Source: Balanoglossus misakiensis
Lineage: Eukaryota > Animalia > Hemichordata
Direction: 5' to 3'
Length of the DNA stretch: 64,000 nt
Assembly: GCA_040954595.2 (NCBI GenBank)
Contig: CM082584.2
Span: 7,211,919-7,275,918 of the forward strand
Part shown: in pieces, positions 59,301 to 64,000 of the stretch
Position numbering within the stretch: position 1 is the stretch's first letter
How the letters are laid out: every line of letters begins with the position of its first letter
Translations under genes and position numbers: made by a program
The notes under the pieces: model-generated
What the model was told of the DNA's origin: nothing
What the model saw: the letters and a program-made list of their open reading frames with translations, nothing else
The model's database searches: none

Positions 59301-62300
59301 AAATCACGGTGTATGTTTATTCAAACTTTGGGTTAAAATCCTACATTTTGGTCAAAATTGCCTTCTATGACACTTTGAACACTTTTCTCCTGGAAATCAA
59401 CAATAATACACAATAAATCTCATTCAGTAAAGCTTGACAAAAAATAAACTGCTATTTTAAACAATCTTATCATTGAAAATGTGTCGTTTTTCAGAGCACC
59501 AAGCCTCCGTCATTGACAGCGTATTCCCGGCGCACACCATCGCCCCAGGGGGATGCCTACTCCACATTATCCAGCGAGGACGCCCGCAAGAAGGTGGAGA
59601 AGGTGCAGCGAGCCAGGCTGTACCTCCTGCAGCAGAATGGTCCCAACTCCTTCACCATTGGCGGGGACGCCCCGGACAACAAATTCAAAGTCATCATTGG
59701 ACCACAGGTTAGACCTGCCATCCAATCAAAATCCAGCAACCTACAATGTATTGTAACAGCCACGTCTGTTGAACAGACAAACAGACACTCAACAGCAGCA
59801 ATTTTCTGTCTAGATGTTTTTAGTTTTCAAGGAGTATTCCCTGAGAGTACTTAGTATTATTCTACTAGATACTTCATTCTGCTTGTCAATAAATTATCAA
59901 GTTTCAATTTTGTATTAAAGTGGAAAGAGTACTTGTGAGATTCAGTGTGAGATTCAGTTTCAGATTCAGATTACATACATATTATTCAAACATTCCTTTC
60001 TGTTTGTATTCCACTTGCATAAATATTAAATGTAGATGTAAATTTATAACAAATGCAAAATTGATTTAACAGGAGCTACATTCTTCGTGAAGTTGTTAAA
60101 TTTGTGTGGTATCTCCATTTCTAACAGTTTTGCCATTTTGTTTCTTTTCCAGAAATGTAGTTGTGGCAAGTCCAACCACTGCATCCACCTGCTCTTCGTC
60201 ATGCTGCGAGTTTTCCAGCTCAGCGACAGCGACCCGTTGCTATGGGCTCGCGAGCTCAAGAACTTCGAGGTGGAGACCCTCTTCCAGCAGTACCACGCCA
60301 GGAGGAAGTCGCTGCTCAAGAAGCTGTCTCGCTCGTCCTCCTTCAAGAACAGCCGATCCAAGAGCGGCAGCAAGGAAAGCGTGCAGGCCGAGACGCCTCC
60401 GTCGACGCCAGAACCAAACAGTGAACACAGGTAAAAAGAGAATTGTCCAACTTCTGCAGTAACCTCCCTTACAAAAATTGTTTCTAGACTTCAACAGCAT
60501 TCTGTAGATGTTGATGCTTTTATAGAATTCAATAAAAATAGGGTCCAAAACTACCTATAGATGTATATAGAATTTCTATAAACTTCTACAGAAACTCTAT
60601 AGATGTCTTTATAATATACCTCATGCTAATACTGTGCCGTGATTCGCCAGAATCCGTCACGTGATAGGAAAATAGAATCGACTATGAACCGCTAGGGAAA
60701 TAGCAGAAAAAATATAAACCGGTCACGTGACCGGCGTGAGTGCGCAGACTCGGTCACGTCAATCAGCGTCGCGTCGTCTGACACAATGGCCACCGCGGAA
60801 GATGTCGTCTGCCAACCTCAAGAGAAAATTGCAAGATTTTCCCAGCTGTTAGCATGAGGTTTATTATAAAACACCTATAGCCTGGCCTATATTCGGGCCA
60901 TAGCAGCCGTTTTTACCCCCTCGTGACTGTGAGTTACCAGAATCATATGCTATTTCCCTCGGCCTGCGGCCTCGGGAAATAGCATATGATTCTGGTAACT
61001 CACAGCCCCTCGGGTGTAATAAACGGCCGCTATGGCCCTCATGGCCAGGCAATAGGTGTTCAATAATAGGCCTAATGGTAGTTCAATAGAACAATGATGG
61101 TTCAATAGTACAATAACTTGGAATTGCACAGTTTTGTTTTCTAATGTGCTTGAACCAGTAACGACCAGAAAATGCAATCCTATCACTTGTCTCTGGCAGT
61201 TAATTTGATTGCTCTAATCCCCTTCATAGTGTTGAGTGAAGTATGTGCGTGTGGATAAACACATTGTGTCTTAAGGGGATAATATGGAGGTCATAACGCA
61301 GCTGTGCCCTAGCTTGCTGGATAAAAAAAAACACAAACATCCTCAGCAAAGTAGTGAGCCGAAAGAAAGTGAAAAATAGGCTGGAAGATAACACTTAAAT
61401 TTAAAACGCCACTTTGTCGTCTGTATTGTTATATAAACTGTCCCACAAGGTCTTTCCGATGAGGAGAGTGTGTTGATGATTCTGTGAAAGCTTTTTATAA
61501 GACATCCTGTCAGTGTCGCTGTAAACCCGATTCTGCACTATAGGTCAGAGGTCGGCAACCTGAAACTGCTACATGTGTTTTTATCAGCGTTGCTAACTAA
61601 TTATTGCGGGGATAGACCCTATAACTTTTTTTGATGACTTGCACCTTGCAGCAGTGCCAAAGACCCGGAGGAGGAAGTCTGTCCAATATGCTTGCTGGAG
61701 ATGATTGATGGCGAGAGTTTGGTGGTGTGCCAAGATGGCTGCCATAACAAGCTTCACCACCACTGCGTAGCAGTCTGTAAGTCTCCACATTTTTTTTCTT
61801 CAAATTACATTTTTTTTTCAAATTAAAAAAGGTCACTGCAGATGTAAAAATAGCTGACATTGTCCAAGTCTCATCCGGTATTGGGAATCATGTAACTTCT
61901 GCGTATGATGTAAAAAAAATTACGAGGGACCTTTTGATCCGGTATCGCTCAGATCATTCCAAGTTGCGTCCAACAGGGCCATAAAAGGGATGACCTTTGA
62001 CACAGTTGCGACAGCACGCTGTGAAATAACACCGAGGGCAGTCAACTTTTTGGGGGGCTTGTCGTATCTTATACAGAATCAACTTGAGGCAAGTGATTCA
62101 TTTCACGTCTGGAGAACTTTATCATATTTCGTACATGAAATGTATTTTTATAGATGTCAATACATTCGCACCCGAAGGCGGTTTTATAAGATTTCATTTT
62201 TTTTATCAGTTCACATTTTTGATTTGTTTCAGGGGCAGAAGAGTGCAAACGCGTGAACGAACAGTTGATCTGTCCCCTCTGCCGGGCCAACTGGAATCTG

Positions 62301-63069
62301 GTGGGCCAGTTCAGCGATTCCGAAAACCCAGTCGACGCCACAATCGTGCCGCCCAATACCAGATCCTCCTCACCGGTTCCCAGTGAGGTAGTGCTACCTC
62401 AGGCCGAGCCTATACCGGTGGAACATGCGAAGAAAGCTCAGCCCTGGATTGAGGTGGGTTTTTGCAAAGTTAAGCAAGCAGTTGTCTCATTTAAAGGGAC
62501 AAAGGATATTAGAGTAAAAATCTCGCCAAAATGATTAAAAGGTAAACACCAATTATTCATTTTGACGAGTTTTTCACTCTCATGTCTGCAAGTGGGATGG
62601 AAGTTGTATGTGGTCGGACGTTCATTCACTATATATACACATGTAGAATAACATAAATGGTGTCTTGTATCAAACATAATTAATGGAAAAAGGGCAGCGA
62701 GAGAGAGACTTTGTCCCTTTAATAAACCTAGACAGTGGTGCTGTTCTCTCCCTGTGTCAAATCCTCCATCCTGTGTTTATATACAAATGCACACATTTGC
62801 CACTTGACTGTTTATCGCCCCTGCAGGTGTTTGGCAATGAACTGGTCTGCTGTTTGTTTTCCCGGAACTGGGTGACCAGAGAGACTGGTCTTCATCGTCT
62901 GTCGCGCGACGTGGTCGGCGCGTTGTTGCCGGGCGTCGGCGAGGGACGGGCGACCGCCAACGTGACGGTGGCCAGACAAGTGACCAGCAACTCGGTTCTT
63001 GAGAACTGCTGCCACGTCTTAGCCATGATGTGCGGGGATCCAGTGTATAAAGTGTACATTGCAGCTTTG
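53163..63069 (+). CDS. MAP3K1: Mitogen-activated protein kinase kinase kinase 1 (MEKK1), 5' part; gene continues beyond the window
   Basis: Exons 53163-53365, 54667-54805, 57499-57666, 58597-58656, 59495-59707, 60153-60430, 61652-61776, 62233-62453, 62827-63069, all phase-consistent. MEKK1 signatures: EEQKIREKL...[42 protein letters not shown]...[24 protein letters not shown]...C..GC.NKLHHHC...CPLCRA.W, VFG.ELV.CLFSRNW..RE. Confidence 0.95.
54667..54805 (+). CDS. MAP3K1: MAP3K1 exon 2
   Basis: [33 protein letters not shown], matching the conserved MEKK1 N-terminal block. Confidence 0.85.
57499..57666 (+). CDS. MAP3K1: MAP3K1 exon 3 (Ser-rich)
   Basis: Good acceptor and gtaagc donor, 168 nt, phase 0-0. 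Confidence 0.82.
58597..58656 (+). CDS. MAP3K1: MAP3K1 exon 4
   Basis: [20 protein letters not shown]; 60 nt, phase 0-0. Confidence 0.8.
58675..58767. mobile_element. Second copy (opposite orientation) of the short TTAA piggyBac-like MITE
   Basis: ttaaccctatcaccaccatgg...gggggtgaagaggttaa; aligns to the reverse complement of 25395-25481. Confidence 0.72.
59495..59707 (+). CDS. MAP3K1: MAP3K1 exon 5, pre-SWIM
   Basis: [33 protein letters not shown]. Confidence 0.93.
60153..60430 (+). CDS. MAP3K1: MAP3K1 exon 6, SWIM zinc finger
   Basis: [23 protein letters not shown]...[14 protein letters not shown]. Confidence 0.95.
60611..61068. mobile_element. Non-autonomous double-hairpin DNA element in a MAP3K1 intron
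   Basis: Inverted repeat 60611-60629 / 60849-60867, followed by an approximately 205-bp palindrome 60862-61068 with perfect 32-bp arms (60927-60958 / 60974-61005); CpG-rich relative to the host intron. Confidence 0.75.
61652..61776 (+). CDS. MAP3K1: MAP3K1 exon 7, RING/PHD first half (NAGNAG acceptor cagcag)
   Basis: [33 protein letters not shown]. Confidence 0.93.
62233..62453 (+). CDS. MAP3K1: MAP3K1 exon 8, RING/PHD second half
   Basis: WAEECKR...[10 protein letters not shown]...IP......QPWIE. Confidence 0.93.
62491..62722. mobile_element. Palindromic TTAA MITE (same family as 34591), left arm internally deleted
   Basis: ttaaagggacaaag ... ctttgtccctttaa termini; central hairpin agagtaaaaa...tttttcactct. 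Confidence 0.75.
62827..63069 (+). CDS. MAP3K1: MAP3K1 exon 9, TOG/ARM-like region
   Basis: [29 protein letters not shown]...[13 protein letters not shown]. Confidence 0.93.
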
Positions 63070-64000
63070 GTGAGTTTTCTAGAATTAATTAAGGAATATG
63101 CGTTTCATCCAAAAGAAATGAATGAAATAAAAAAGGGGAAAATGAACTTTTGTAGATCATTGATGTTTCAGTGTGATTTTGATTTTACTGCATGCTCCTT
63201 GCATCATGATGTTTGCTTCCATTTTATAAGCAAGATAAGCTATTTCTCATCGACTCAAATTACCTGTCCTTATTTATAAACACCAGAATGATGCACATTT
63301 CCCTTGAGGGGCTTATTACTTTTTCAAACGAGCATGTTATGAAAGTATGTTAGCAAAATACACTGACTTTACTCTAAAATATATATGTACTCCATTTTGT
63401 ATGCACATCTTATCAGGGAAACTATTTCTCAAGATAACAGTCCAATCCTGCCGATCGCAAATATCTCCACTTTGTCTTCTTTCCACCAGTATTTCCAACT
63501 TCTCTATTCAAATCACCTCTGATCTCTTTCCTGTTTCTTCCTTTACTTTCCAAAATTTATGTTCAGAATTTTTTCTTAGGCATTGGCAAGCACTAACAAG
63601 GTTCTGACTGGCATGTGTTAAAAAAATCTTGCTGAAACCTCTGCTCTTGTCTCTTTTACAATGCACATATCATCATCCGAGGTATCTCACTACTATTCTG
63701 CCTCTTTCTATCTTCTTCTTTAGTCTCTTCTTATCTCTGTTTTTGGCGTCTTTAAAGGGCTGTGTGCTTCCTGTCTGCTGTTATGTCTAAGTTTGATTTG
63801 GCGCCTGACTGTGTTGTCCCTGCTGTATGACTATGAGTAATCTTCTGCAGGGGAGAAATTTCACTGCCAGAGATGGAAGACGAAATTGAAGAACTGATAT
63901 GATAGCACTTCCTTCCGTCATTGATCACCTCTGACCTCTCACCTTTGGTGACCTTGCAAGCATTTGTGAAATTCCACGGCACGACAGTCGCTGTGAAGAA

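Noticed and set aside
63700-64000. Next MAP3K1 exon after a pyrimidine-rich tract
   Set aside because: Frames after candidate AG sites hit stops and do not resemble the expected continuation; the next exon is probably outside the window
1-64000. CRISPR arrays, tRNA/rRNA genes, prokaryotic operons, autonomous transposase or RT ORFs
   Set aside because: None seen by eye; the sequence is spliceosomal-intron eukaryotic DNA. tRNAscan or Infernal would be needed to exclude small RNAs

Overview
AT-rich, intron-rich animal genomic DNA. It looks like an invertebrate, plausibly a deuterostome such as a hemichordate; that is an inference from composition and protein style. Three protein-coding genes were reconstructed by hand from GT-AG sites and reading-frame phase. 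(1) A complete + strand latrophilin-type adhesion GPCR (ADGRL/Cirl family; CDS 10563..25324, 24 coding exons, about 1210 aa) with signal peptide, SUEL/rhamnose-binding lectin, EGF, Thr/Pro stalk, HRM, GAIN/GPS (HL|TNFAVLM), 7TM and a C-terminal PDZ ligand (ETFV). (2) A convergent - strand gene for a large, low-complexity uncharacterised protein (at least 7 exons, 38456..30155; 5' end unresolved). (3) The 5' part of MAP3K1/MEKK1 on + (from 53163, running off the window) with SWIM, RING/PHD and the start of the TOG-like region. The most notable signal is a hidden alternative-splicing system in the latrophilin gene. It comprises a duplicated, apparently mutually exclusive exon for the second half of the lectin domain, a candidate exon giving a short single-pass lectin isoform, and two in-frame microexons in intracellular loop 3. 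Several short non-autonomous DNA transposons (MITEs) are also present. Most ORFs in the supplied track are spurious intron or UTR ORFs.
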